Virus record (IMG/VR): IMGVR_UViG_3300020202_000002
Location: 24,747 to 88,746 of that record
Source of the DNA: a virus
DNA: 64,000 bases
Direction: 5' to 3' (one strand)
A model generated the notes under the pieces. That model did no database searches and was not told the DNA's origin. It saw only the letters and a list, made by a program, of their open reading frames with translations. Positions 47,863 through 57,526 of the stretch are shown in pieces (the stretch's first letter is position 1; each line of letters begins with the position of its first letter). The position numbers were made by a program, and so were the translations under genes.

Positions 47863-48193
47863 CCTGCAACGAAATCTGTTCGGCAACGACCCAGACCTGA
47901 CGCCGACGGTGTTCGCGCAGCGGCACAGCCGGACCAGCGTCGAAGCTGGCGAGAAGATCAAGCCGGTGCTGAACTTCCTGGAGCGGAAGGTGCTGGAATT
48001 CTTCCAGGCAAAGGGAGATGCCGGCGCGACCGACGAAGAGGCCCAGGAAGGCACCGGTCTGGGAGGTAGCACAGAAAGACCGCGGCGGACCTCGCTGGTT
48101 GAGCACGGTTTACTCAGGGACAGCGGACGAACGAGGAGAACTCGGAGCGGAAGGCAGGCGGTGGTGTGGATCTACATCGCTCAGGAGGAATGA
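47855..48193 (+). CDS. Winged-HTH phage protein
   Basis: TSVEA...VLEF....GATDEE...RPRRTSL...GLLRDSG.TR.TRSGR.AVVW. Confidence 0.65.
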   Translation: MSDLQRNLFGNDPDLTPTVFAQRHSRTSVEAGEKIKPVLNFLERKVLEFFQAKGDAGATDEEAQEGTGLGGSTERPRRTSLVEHGLLRDSGRTRRTRSGRQAVVWIYIAQEE

Positions 48194-48462
48194 CCATGAG
48201 CAGGAACGGCCAACGAACCCCGGAACAGATATTCGGCATCAAGCCGGAGCACGCGGCTGAACTGCTGGAGAAACTGACGCCGCGCGAGAAGGAAGTTGCG
48301 GCACTGATGGCGGCCGGCTGGACGAACTCGACGATCGCAGCGCGGCTCGACATCAGCAAGAAAACGCTCGACATCCACAGGGGCAAGGTGAAGCGCGGCC
48401 TTGGCTGTCCGATCAACGGCATCGGTCGCATCGTATTCGCGAGCATGTTTGCGCAGGAGTGA
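48190..48462 (+). CDS. LuxR/GerE-type HTH protein
   Basis: LTPREKEVAALMAAGWTNSTIAARLDISKKTLDIHRGKVKRGLG. Confidence 0.85.
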   Translation: MTMSRNGQRTPEQIFGIKPEHAAELLEKLTPREKEVAALMAAGWTNSTIAARLDISKKTLDIHRGKVKRGLGCPINGIGRIVFASMFAQE

Positions 48463-48617
48463 GTGAAGCAATCCCGGCGCCTACCGGTCTGTCTCCATCG
48501 GCAGGAGGGGGGAAGCAGCGGACGCCGGCTCTCCGCGTGGAAACCGGCAACCTAGTTGTTACCCCGCCATGTCAGCCGGGGTGGTCCCGGCGACATTGGC
48601 GGGAGGGACTGATTGTC

Positions 48618-49760
48618 ATGACGACCGTGCGTTGTAGCCGTTTGCCTCTGGTCGCTCAATGCGCCGCGTCCGTCGTGGCTCCGCAAATGTCGTTTGCCGA
48701 CGGTGGTCCAGATGCCGACCTGGGAACCGCCGTGCATGAGGCGATGGCGCACCACATCAACGGACGATCGGTCGATTTCGATGACCTGGCCGAACGCTAT
48801 CGCGTCGACGCCGACGAACTGTCGTTTCTCGTGTGGCGCGGCAAGGAAGCCTGGCGGCAGGTCGAGCACGAATTTCCCAATCCGGTTACCGAGGAATCCA
48901 TCAAGGCTGTGTTTCCTCCTGGGGCGTTCAGCGACGACCTCCTCGTCATCACTGGCCATCCGGACGTGTATGCGATCACCGACGACGGCAAGGCGCGAGT
49001 GCTTGACTTCAAGAGCGGAAGATCGGATGAGTCGGCAGAGGACCAGGTGCTCGGCTACAGCATCGGCATCATGGACGAATACCAATCCGTGCAGGAGGTC
49101 TGGGTGGGAGTGGCTCGTCTTCGCGACGAGATCATCGACGGCGTGACATGGACCCGCGACCAGGTGATGCGCCGGTGGCAGAAGATGGGTGACCACATCC
49201 GGCGTGGAGCGTACCACCCAGGCCGCTGGTGCGGACATTGCCCACGCAACCACGAATGCGACCACGCGAAGACCATGGTTGTCCGCTACATCGACGTGCT
49301 CCGTCATGCCAACGGAGAACTGACGACGGCTGGCGTAGCGGCACTATACGACGCTCGCAAGGTGCTGTCCCCTCTGCTTGACGCCGCGAACGACATGATT
49401 CATGCCGAGGTCGAAAAGGCCGGCGGAACGCTTCCTCTGGGCGACGGCCGGGAACTTGTGCTCGAACAATGCCAGAAGACGGCGATTGATTTTGGTGCTG
49501 GTGCGGATGTGTTACGCGCCGTCCTGGGCGACAAGCTGCCCGAGGTAATCACCGTGTCGAAGACGAAGGTCGAAGCGATCGTGAAGGCCAATGCAGGCCC
49601 AAGGCAAAAGAAAGCCGCGGTCAACGACCTTCTCGAAAAGTTGTCCGAAGTGGGTGCACTGAGTAGTCACCCGTACCAACGATTGGAGGCAAGACGTGGT
49701 TCAGCAAGCAACGCAGCAATCGAGGATTCCGCATCAGCAGACGTATCCGGAGCCGGGTGA
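48618..49760 (+). CDS. PD-(D/E)XK exonuclease (RecB/Cas4-like phage recombination nuclease)
   Basis: GTAVHE, TGHPD, VLDFKSG, PGRWCGHCP...C. Confidence 0.8.
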   Translation: MTTVRCSRLPLVAQCAASVVAPQMSFADGGPDADLGTAVHEAMAHHINGRSVDFDDLAERYRVDADELSFLVWRGKEAWRQVEHEFPNPVTEESIKAVFPPGAFSDDLLVITGHPDVYAITDDGKARVLDFKSGRSDESAEDQVLGYSIGIMDEYQSVQEVWVGVARLRDEIIDGVTWTRDQVMRRWQKMGDHIRRGAYHPGRWCGHCPRNHECDHAKTMVVRYIDVLRHANGELTTAGVAALYDARKVLSPLLDAANDMIHAEVEKAGGTLPLGDGRELVLEQCQKTAIDFGAGADVLRAVLGDKLPEVITVSKTKVEAIVKANAGPRQKKAAVNDLLEKLSEVGALSSHPYQRLEARRGSASNAAIEDSASADVSGAG

Positions 49761-50970
49761 CGAGCTGCTCGACCAGGTGCTGTCGAACACCGAGCAGGCC
49801 ATGGTGAGTCAGGACGCCTTGTCCCAGATCACCCGCGCCGAGATCGACACGCAGGTGGCGACGGCGCGCAAGCACGGTCGAAGCATCAGGGAGTTTCTTC
49901 GCAAGGCCAAGGAGATGGCCACGCTTGACGAAGAGATCGCCGCCAGCTGCATGTACTGCCTGCCGCGCGGCGGCAAAAAGATCGAAGGTCCGTCCGCACG
50001 CCTTGCCGAAATCGTAGCCGTCGCCTGGACGAATCTTCGCTCTGGCGCCCGCGTTATCAGTATGGACAAGTCGTTTCTCACCGCGCAGGGGTTCGCCCAC
50101 GACCTCGAATCGAACGTGGCCACGACCATCGAGGTTCAGCGCCGCATCACGGACAGCAAGGGCCGGCGCTACAACGACGACATGATTGTGGTGACCGGCA
50201 ATGCGGCCAGCTCGATTGCCCTTCGCAACGCGGTTTTCAAGATCGTGCCGAAAGCTTATTGGAGCCAGGTGTACGCAGCGGCTCGCGCCACGGCGATCGG
50301 CGATGCGAAGACCCTGGTGTCCCGCCGCCAGGCCGCAGTGGACTACTTCGCCAAGATGGGCGTCAGCCTGCAGCAGATTCTTGACGTGCTGGGCCGCAGG
50401 GGTCTGGATGACGTGACTCTGGACGACATCGCCATCCTTGCTGGCATCAAGACGGCCATCAAGGATGGTGACACCACCATCGAAAACGCCTTCACTCCGA
50501 AGCAGGACGCCGAACAAAAGGCAGGCCTTCCCAACGGGCGGCAGAGCATCAGGCCAAACGGCAACGGCTCGAAGAGTGAGGACATGAGCGAACCGGCCAG
50601 CGTCCCGAAGAAGAAGCACCGCCCCGCCGACCGCGACGCCTTCGTCGACGAACTGATGAAGGAAGTCAAGGCCAGCACGGATGACGACGTGCGCGAGGCA
50701 CTTCTGAACGAGGCGCGTGCTGCGGAACAACTGATTGGCCCCGAAAACCTGGACCTGATCACGGAGACGATCGCCGCGATGCGGACGCCTGCGAAGAAGG
50801 AGCAGGATCCGGAACAACTCGTCGACAGGCTCAAGAACGCCATTCGCGCGACCAAAGACACGAAGAAACTCGCCGAGCTGCGCGAGGAGACGCAGAGCTA
50901 CGGTCAACTCATCGACGCCAAGACGATGGAGTACCTGCTGAGCCTCATCGACGCGCGGCTGAAGAAATGA
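49696..50970 (+). CDS. Putative ssDNA-annealing / recombination protein
   Basis: Follows the exonuclease; AEIDTQVATA...Y.LPRGGK.IEGPS.RLAE phage motif; function and start codon uncertain. Confidence 0.5.
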   Translation: MVQQATQQSRIPHQQTYPEPGDELLDQVLSNTEQAMVSQDALSQITRAEIDTQVATARKHGRSIREFLRKAKEMATLDEEIAASCMYCLPRGGKKIEGPSARLAEIVAVAWTNLRSGARVISMDKSFLTAQGFAHDLESNVATTIEVQRRITDSKGRRYNDDMIVVTGNAASSIALRNAVFKIVPKAYWSQVYAAARATAIGDAKTLVSRRQAAVDYFAKMGVSLQQILDVLGRRGLDDVTLDDIAILAGIKTAIKDGDTTIENAFTPKQDAEQKAGLPNGRQSIRPNGNGSKSEDMSEPASVPKKKHRPADRDAFVDELMKEVKASTDDDVREALLNEARAAEQLIGPENLDLITETIAAMRTPAKKEQDPEQLVDRLKNAIRATKDTKKLAELREETQSYGQLIDAKTMEYLLSLIDARLKK

Positions 50971-51117
50971 CGATACGCCACCTGCCCTGAAGCGACGCGG
51001 GGACGGGTGGCGTTTGGCTGGCCATCGACAAGGGCCTGCGACGTGGAGGATCGAGGGAGTAACGACCCATGGTAAAGAGCTTTCCTCCTCGGCCGCCTTC
51101 GGTGAAGAGGCGGCAAC

Positions 51118-51268
51118 GCTACCTGGGCGGGCACGGTGACCCGCTCCTATCAAGGTGGACCCCGGCTCAATAGAGCCCTGGGCAATGCCCATGAAGGCCA
51201 CGAGCGGCAACGCCGCGGCAACCGCCAGCGATTGACAGGGGGAGCCGGTTCGACTCCGGCAGGTAGCA
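51118..51268 (+). ncRNA. tRNA-like RNA with a 78-nt structured insert replacing the anticodon loop
   Basis: Acceptor GCTACCT/AGGTAGC plus A; D arm GCGGG-CACGGTGA-CCCGC; T arm GCCGG-TTCGACT-CCGGC; stem TCCT(A)TCAA/TTGA(C)AGGG enclosing 51154-51231. Confidence 0.7.
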
Positions 51269-52045
51269 CTTATGACCAAACCTGCGCATCCCGAACGCGA
51301 AGCCGAACGCGAGAGCGATGACGACGACTGGGCGCCGGAAGAAGCGGGAATGTGACCACCGAAAGGCCAGCTTCGGCCTTAGCGTGCCTCCATCCAGGGC
51401 CGCAGAGCCGAGAAGCCGTGAGTCTCGCGGGAAAGAATCTCGACCGGAGCAACAGCAGGCCATGCTCTCCCCAACCACTGGCGGCCTGCAATACACGAAG
51501 TTGATTGGGGGCCAATGATGAAGTACCTCATAGACGTGAAGCAGTGCGATATCAGTCATGGTGTGCCCAGATTGATGGGCTCCTGTCCGGTAGCTTTGGG
51601 CATAAAAAGGGCACTACGTTCCAAGCACGTTAGGGTGATCAGTACATTCATAACTGTCGACGGCAAGAGAGGCAGATCGCCAAAGAAGGTAGAGAACTTC
51701 GTTTATGACTTCGACAGCTATAAGCCCGTCAAGCCTTTCTCCTTCACGGTGGACATGAAATAGCCATGCGAATCATCACGTGCCCATACTGCAGCCGCCG
51801 ATTGAAAAGGTTCTTTCTGCACAACTCTCCGGCGCGCGTGCCAGAGCACCTGGAACGAGGTGGCTATCGCCAGTGCCGTGGAAGCGGACAGGTGTGCTCC
51901 GAGGACGAACGGTGCCGCAATACGTGGGCACTGAAGTCATTCAAGCGTCTGTGGGACAAGGTGCCAGGTGAACAACGAATCACGTTTCTGAAGTGGGCGG
52001 AAAAGAGCGAAAGGATAAAGAGCAGTGGCATGAAACCGTGACGGG

Positions 52046-52933
52046 ATGAGAAATACGCCGGCTCAAGGTGGGCCGGCAGTCATGATGGCGAACGCGCAAG
52101 GACACCCCAGCGCAATGGAATTTCCCTCGTTTCCCCTGTATCCGAAAGACTTTCTTTCTGACAAGAACGTGGTCCTTATGACCACGGAAGAGATTGGTGC
52201 GTACTTCCTCCTGCTGTGTTACTCCTGGCAGAGTGTGCCACCCGGTTCCTTGCCTTTTGACGATACGGTGCTCGCCCGCATTAGCCGGCTCTCACCCGAT
52301 CGTTGGAACGCTTGTCGCCCGGCGCTGCTTGCCTGCTTCTCGGAGTCCAAAGACGGGACGATGCTCTACCAGAAACGCTTGCAGAAAGAGTACCGGAAAC
52401 TGACGGAGAAACGAAGCCGCAGATCGGAGGCAGGCCAAAAGGCCGCCGAAGAACGTTGGGACCAAGACTGGGAACAAGAGCGCGCAAAGCTCGAATGCGA
52501 ACGCATTCGATTGTTATGCGATTCGCATGCGATTAAATGCGATTCTGGCTCTGGAAATGGATTAAAGGGCTCTTCCAAGGAAGGGGGTTTGGGGGAAGGA
52601 AATCCTGCGCTCCGAGATTTTCTCAATTCGCCAGCTGGGCTTGCGCAGGAGTTCTGTTTCTACCAGAAGCCGCACGGCAGGGACAACGAGCGCAAGGTAT
52701 TGGACGCCATCGAAGAGCTTGTGCGCGAAGGTGTGCCGATCGAGCGAATCGCCAGCGAAATCCGCAATCGCAAGAGCAGGCGTCTGTATTTCTGGCAGAT
52801 TGAGAAGCAGCTTGACCATGAGCGTGATAAGCGCCTGGAGAGCAAGGGACCTAGCGAATCAGACGCCGCAAAGTCTGCGGACGAAAAGATAGCCGAACTC
52901 AGGAAACGTGTACCCGAAAGGACATCGAAATGA
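52046..52933 (+). CDS. DUF1376/YdaU-like replication initiator
   Basis: PSFPLYPKDFLSD...MT.EE.GAY..LLCYSW...LP.DD..LARI; directly upstream of the helicase; start may be 52082 or 52115. Confidence 0.75.
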   Translation: MRNTPAQGGPAVMMANAQGHPSAMEFPSFPLYPKDFLSDKNVVLMTTEEIGAYFLLLCYSWQSVPPGSLPFDDTVLARISRLSPDRWNACRPALLACFSESKDGTMLYQKRLQKEYRKLTEKRSRRSEAGQKAAEERWDQDWEQERAKLECERIRLLCDSHAIKCDSGSGNGLKGSSKEGGLGEGNPALRDFLNSPAGLAQEFCFYQKPHGRDNERKVLDAIEELVREGVPIERIASEIRNRKSRRLYFWQIEKQLDHERDKRLESKGPSESDAAKSADEKIAELRKRVPERTSK

Positions 52934-54327
52934 GCGACCACCGGCACATCGAGGAGCGCCTTCCACCTAACAGCCGAATTGCCGAAAAGGCGGTTCTTGG
53001 CTGCGTCCTGCGTGACAAGTCGGTCTTGAACGACCTTACTCTGATCCTCCGAAGCGACGATTTCTACCTGGGTGCCCATCAGAAGATCTGGTCTGCGTTC
53101 ATCGCTCTTGACCGTGATGGGAGTCCGATCGACATGGCAAGCTTGGCAGACCGCCTGAAGGCCGACGCCATCGTCGAAGAGATCGGCGGCTACTCGTACA
53201 TTCTTGAACTTTGGGAAGACGCTCCGACGACAAGCGCGGCCGAGTACCACGCCAACATCGTCAAGCACATGGCCATTCGTCGCGAGATCATCCACGCCGC
53301 GAAAGCCATGGTGAAGAACGCTTTCACGCCTGGCGAGGATGCCAGCGGCGTCATTGAGGATGCCGAGCGCCGCCTGTTTGATATTTCTCAGCGGCGTTAC
53401 TCGGCAAACAACATCATCGACATGCCCAAGGCCGTTGACGCTGCATTGGAGATCCTCGACCGCCGCTCAGGCCGGCACCCTGGGGGCGAGATCGAGGAGT
53501 GCATCGAAACCGGGTGGATCGATCTCGACCGTCTACTCGTCGGATTCCAGAAGTCCGAGCTAGTCGTGGTAGCCGCTCGCCCTGGCATGTGCAAGACGCT
53601 GTTCGCGCTGCGAGTCATCTGCCACGCAGCGAACGAAGGTCGGGCCGTGTTCTTCGCCAGCCTTGAACAGCGCAATACCGAGCTGGTCCACCGAATGTTG
53701 GCGCGTGACGCACAAGTCGATAGCCACCACATCCGCCGCGGCGACCTGAACGACGACGAGTCGAAAAGGATCCTTGACACAGCCGACGAACTGCGAACGA
53801 AGAGGATCTTCTTCGACGACTGCGGAACCCAATCAGCAGCTCGCATCGTATCCAACGCTCGGCGCTTACACGCGAAGCACGGACTCGACCTTGTAGTCGT
53901 CGACTACCTGCAAATCATGGAACCTGAGGACCACCGCGACATGGAGACGCGCCAGGTGGGCAAGAACGCCTGGCGTATGGCCCAACTCGCCAAAGAACTG
54001 AATGTGCCGGTTCTGCTTCTCTGCCAACTGAATCGCGACCTTGAGAAGCGTGCCGACGCGCGCCCGAAGCTGGCGGACCTTCGTGGGTCCGGCAACATCG
54101 AAGAGCACGCCTACACGGTGCTTCTTCTGCACAAGCCGGAACCGGTGAGTGAGCTGCGCGAGAACGACATCCTCGAAGTGATCGTCGCCAAACAGAAGAA
54201 CGGCCAGAAGGCGGACGTGCCGTTACTCCATCGCAAGCGATACATGGACATCGTGAACTACCAGCCGGAGTCGGATTTCCGCAGCCACGAACGGAAAGCA
54301 CGCAATGGCTACTCGACCACCAACTAG
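52930..54327 (+). CDS. dnaB: DnaB-like replicative helicase with atypical catalytic motifs
   Basis: PPNS..AEKAVLG, AARPGMCKT, SLE, VVDYLQ, AKELNVPV..L.QLNR, P.LADLR.SG.IE. Confidence 0.9.
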   Translation: MSDHRHIEERLPPNSRIAEKAVLGCVLRDKSVLNDLTLILRSDDFYLGAHQKIWSAFIALDRDGSPIDMASLADRLKADAIVEEIGGYSYILELWEDAPTTSAAEYHANIVKHMAIRREIIHAAKAMVKNAFTPGEDASGVIEDAERRLFDISQRRYSANNIIDMPKAVDAALEILDRRSGRHPGGEIEECIETGWIDLDRLLVGFQKSELVVVAARPGMCKTLFALRVICHAANEGRAVFFASLEQRNTELVHRMLARDAQVDSHHIRRGDLNDDESKRILDTADELRTKRIFFDDCGTQSAARIVSNARRLHAKHGLDLVVVDYLQIMEPEDHRDMETRQVGKNAWRMAQLAKELNVPVLLLCQLNRDLEKRADARPKLADLRGSGNIEEHAYTVLLLHKPEPVSELRENDILEVIVAKQKNGQKADVPLLHRKRYMDIVNYQPESDFRSHERKARNGYSTTN

Positions 54328-54550
54328 CGCCGCCCTGGGAATCGACTACCTCGAACTGGTCAACCAGGTGCGTGGGCTGAGCTACCGTGTCCAGCGTGAC
54401 GCGGGAATGTTCTACGTGCTCTTGGACGGCAAGCACGAGGCCAGCGGTCCGAATCTGCACGAGGCGGCGCAGAGAGCAGTGAAGATCGCGGAGGAGAACG
54501 GTGATCCACGAGAACAAGGCGCTCCTGAAGGCTATGAGCGGAGACACTAA

Positions 54551-55153
54551 ATGAACCTGACACACGGACACGCGCGGCATTTCAGGCACACGAAGGCGTA
54601 TTCTTCGTGGCACCAGATGAAGGCCCGTTGCCAGAACAGCAACAACCCAGGATTCGCCGAATACGGTGGTCGCGGTATTACCGTATGCGAGCGGTGGCAG
54701 ACATTCGAGAACTTCTACGCCGACATGGGAGAGCCACCACCGGGATGCACCCTGGATCGATACCCAGACATGAATGGGAACTACGAACCGAGCAACTGCC
54801 GATGGGCAACCGTCAAGGAGCAGAACAACAACACGCGAGGTAACAAGCGGCTCACATTTCGAGGTGAAACGAAGACTCTAGCGGAATGGGCCGATCGTCT
54901 CGGTATCAAGTCGAACACAATCCTCTACCGATTGCGTCGAGGCGTATCTGTCGAGGATGCACTGTCGGCCCAAGTCAACAAAAAGGTCAAGTTTCGCCCT
55001 GCCCGAACGCATTGCCCGCACGGCCACCCTTACGACGAAGAAAACACCTTCCGTCAAAGAGATGGCAGTAGGGGGTGCCGGGAATGCAGTCGGGTGTCGA
55101 GTCGCGAATACCAAAGACGCAAAGCGAGGGCGAAACGTGATCTATCGGTGTGA
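54551..55153 (+). CDS. HNH-type homing endonuclease
   Basis: YGGRGITVCERW..FENFYADMG...TLDRYPDMNGNYEPSNCRWAT; C-terminal THCPHGH...CREC. Confidence 0.85.
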   Translation: MNLTHGHARHFRHTKAYSSWHQMKARCQNSNNPGFAEYGGRGITVCERWQTFENFYADMGEPPPGCTLDRYPDMNGNYEPSNCRWATVKEQNNNTRGNKRLTFRGETKTLAEWADRLGIKSNTILYRLRRGVSVEDALSAQVNKKVKFRPARTHCPHGHPYDEENTFRQRDGSRGCRECSRVSSREYQRRKARAKRDLSV

Positions 55154-55568
55154 AGCCACCTTGGTTTTGTTTCGCGGGTCTGGAAATTGCGCCTTCTGCA
55201 AGAAGGCCGTGTCCAGGAGGGAGCCGCACCACGTCAAGCGTCGTGGCATGGGATCTTCCGGTCGTCTTGACTTGAGCATCAACATTATTCCGCTCTGCGC
55301 CGTCTTCACAGGCGGGGAGAACTGCCATCACAACGCGGAGCACGGTTTACCACCGAGCGACGAGGACTGCTTCACCATCATCGCCAAGAGAGAGGGAACC
55401 AACGTCCACGCGATAGAGGAAGTCTTGGCGCTGATACTTCGCATGGATGGCAAGCAATCGTGGCCGTTCGAGAGATTGGAAGCGGTTGTCGAGGAGCTGA
55501 GGGAGCCTGGCTCGCGGGAGTTAGCTGGCAGGGTGTTTCTGGAGATGGGGCTGGATTGGCGCGGTTAG
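55137..55568 (+). CDS. HNH-like zinc nuclease (DUF968/Ref-like)
   Basis: CAFC...EPHH..RRGMG...IIPLC...CH...H. Confidence 0.55.
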   Translation: MIYRCEATLVLFRGSGNCAFCKKAVSRREPHHVKRRGMGSSGRLDLSINIIPLCAVFTGGENCHHNAEHGLPPSDEDCFTIIAKREGTNVHAIEEVLALILRMDGKQSWPFERLEAVVEELREPGSRELAGRVFLEMGLDWRG

Positions 55569-55581
55569 CGATGGAGAGGGT

Positions 55582-56118
55582 ATGAAGCCGTACTACGAGC
55601 ACGACGGGATTAGCATTTTCCATGGGGATTGCAGGGAAGTGTTGCCGACGCTGGGCCACACCATTGCTGATTTAGTGCTTACTGATCCGCCCTACGGCAT
55701 CGGCTACGTGACCTCCAGGAGGTCACGTAGCCACAAGCTCACAAAACCTATCGCAAACGACGAGTCATTGGGGGTCGTAGCGGCAGCGTGGCCAATGATC
55801 TTGATGGCGTTGAAGGAGAATCGTCACTGGTATGCCTTCGCGTCGCCACGAATGATTGCTGACGCTCAAGATGTGTTCGGTGGCAAGCACGTACTCGCCT
55901 GGGATAAAGGCGATGCTGGCACGGTTGGTGACCTTGAATGCGGATTTGGGGAAGCGTGGGAAGCAATCTTTTATGGCATGAAGGGGAGACGGCCGCTGAA
56001 CGGAAAGAGGCCAAGAACAGTCATCAGACATGATTGGTCATCAACTCGTGACCCAGTTCATCCGACTGTCAAACCTGTGCCGTTGCTCGCGAAGCTGATT
56101 GGAATGTCGACCGCATGA
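55582..56118 (+). CDS. N6/N4 DNA methyltransferase, C-terminally truncated
   Basis: GDCREVL, LTDPPYG, HPTVKP, then a stop before the expected VLDPFxGSG motif. Confidence 0.7.
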   Translation: MKPYYEHDGISIFHGDCREVLPTLGHTIADLVLTDPPYGIGYVTSRRSRSHKLTKPIANDESLGVVAAAWPMILMALKENRHWYAFASPRMIADAQDVFGGKHVLAWDKGDAGTVGDLECGFGEAWEAIFYGMKGRRPLNGKRPRTVIRHDWSSTRDPVHPTVKPVPLLAKLIGMSTA

Positions 56119-56173
56119 GCGATGTGCGGCCGAGAGATGGGGCTGGATTGGAGAGCGAAAGAGTAAGGAAGCG

Positions 56174-57526
56174 ATGACGACGAGAATCCTACATGGTGAT
56201 GTGCTTGACGTGTTGCCCTCGCTCGAATCGGGCAGCGTCGACGTGGTAGTGACCTCGCCGCCTTATTGGAATCTTCGCTCTTATCTGCCAGCGGACCATC
56301 CGCTGAAATCATTGGAGCTTGGACTCGAAACTACGCCCAAGAAATATGTCGAGAACATGGTTCGCGTGTTCCGCCTGGTGCGAACCGTATTGGCGAATCA
56401 CGGAACGTGCTGGCTGAACATCGGTGACACGTACAGCGCTACTGGGAAGTCTGGCGGGCACAGTGGCAACCTGAACGCTCACTCTGCAGCTGGTGGTATG
56501 GACGAAATCCGTTCCCGCCGCGGCGGACACTGGATTCCGGCACCCGACGGTATCGGGGCTGGCAACCTGTGCCTGATCCCTCAGAGGTTGGCGATCGCCT
56601 TGCAAGACGACGGGTGGATAGTGCGCAGCGTAGTTATCTGGCACAAGCCCGCGCCGATGCCGACAAGCGTATTCGGTTGGCATTGGGCCAGATGCCGCGT
56701 TCAGTCTGAGGCCTCCGCTCGCGCCCGTGACAAGAAAGGCGAACCAACCGGCCAGAAGCCGCATGGTGACAGGAACGGCAAGGCATTCGCATCGACAGCC
56801 ACGTGGCTCGACTGCCCAGGCTGCAAGAAGTGCGAACCCCACGGCGGCTATCGCCTTCGCCGAGGTTCCTGGCGTCCCACGTCCAGCTGGGAACCGGTCC
56901 TCATGCTGGCAAAGTCGGCCGACTACTTCTGCGACGGCGAAGCGGTGAAGCAGGCGTCGGCCGAAGCGACCATCAGCCGTGATCATTACACGCGCATCAT
57001 TGACGACCCCGACGAGCAATTCGCTGTGAAGCACGACCACGAAACCGTCTGCGATGGGGCGAACCTGCGCGATGTGTGGACCATCGGTAGCGAGCCGCTG
57101 AAGGAGAAGCACTACGCAGCGTTCCCGTCGGAACTGGTCTACCGGTGTCTGAGGGCAGGCACCAGCGCACGGGGCTACTGTCCGACCTGCGGTAAGCCGT
57201 GGGTCAGAGTCCTCGAGAAGACGCAGCGGCCACATCCGAATCCTGGATCACCTCAGCGCCCCGAGGTGAACTTCAAGGGCGGTGGCCAGGCCAACGGCGC
57301 CTGCAACCTAGCCCCGGAAACGAAGACACTTGACTGGTGGCCAACGTGCTCATGTACGCCAGCGGAACCAAGGCCGGCGAAGGTACTTGATCCTTTCTCT
57401 GGCAGTGGCCGCACCGGCATCCAGGCAACTCGCCTCGGCTGCGATTTTATCGGGGTCGAGTTGAACGAAGTCTATGTCGAGATGAGCGAACGGAAGCTGC
57501 GAGAGGAGAACCCTCTCTTCTCATGA
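56174..57526 (+). CDS. N4/N6 DNA methyltransferase (beta class) with Cys-rich insertions
   Basis: VTSPPYW, HYAAFP..L, VLDPFSGSGRTG, GVELN..Y. Confidence 0.9.
   Translation: MTTRILHGDVLDVLPSLESGSVDVVVTSPPYWNLRSYLPADHPLKSLELGLETTPKKYVENMVRVFRLVRTVLANHGTCWLNIGDTYSATGKSGGHSGNLNAHSAAGGMDEIRSRRGGHWIPAPDGIGAGNLCLIPQRLAIALQDDGWIVRSVVIWHKPAPMPTSVFGWHWARCRVQSEASARARDKKGEPTGQKPHGDRNGKAFASTATWLDCPGCKKCEPHGGYRLRRGSWRPTSSWEPVLMLAKSADYFCDGEAVKQASAEATISRDHYTRIIDDPDEQFAVKHDHETVCDGANLRDVWTIGSEPLKEKHYAAFPSELVYRCLRAGTSARGYCPTCGKPWVRVLEKTQRPHPNPGSPQRPEVNFKGGGQANGACNLAPETKTLDWWPTCSCTPAEPRPAKVLDPFSGSGRTGIQATRLGCDFIGVELNEVYVEMSERKLREENPLFS

Noticed and set aside
48562-48603. Long hairpin just upstream of the exonuclease start
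   Set aside because: A single stem-loop with no further support; it may be a translational or processing element but cannot be called from sequence alone.
48618-49760. Cas4-like nuclease as an adaptation component of the CRISPR locus
   Set aside because: It sits next to a putative annealing protein as in ordinary phage recombination modules, four genes away from the array, and there is no Cas1/Cas2.
51118-51268. tmRNA or a standard tRNA
   Set aside because: No GGGG start or G3-U70 pair, a D stem is present, the insert is too short for a tag ORF with pseudoknots, and there is no 7-nt anticodon loop.
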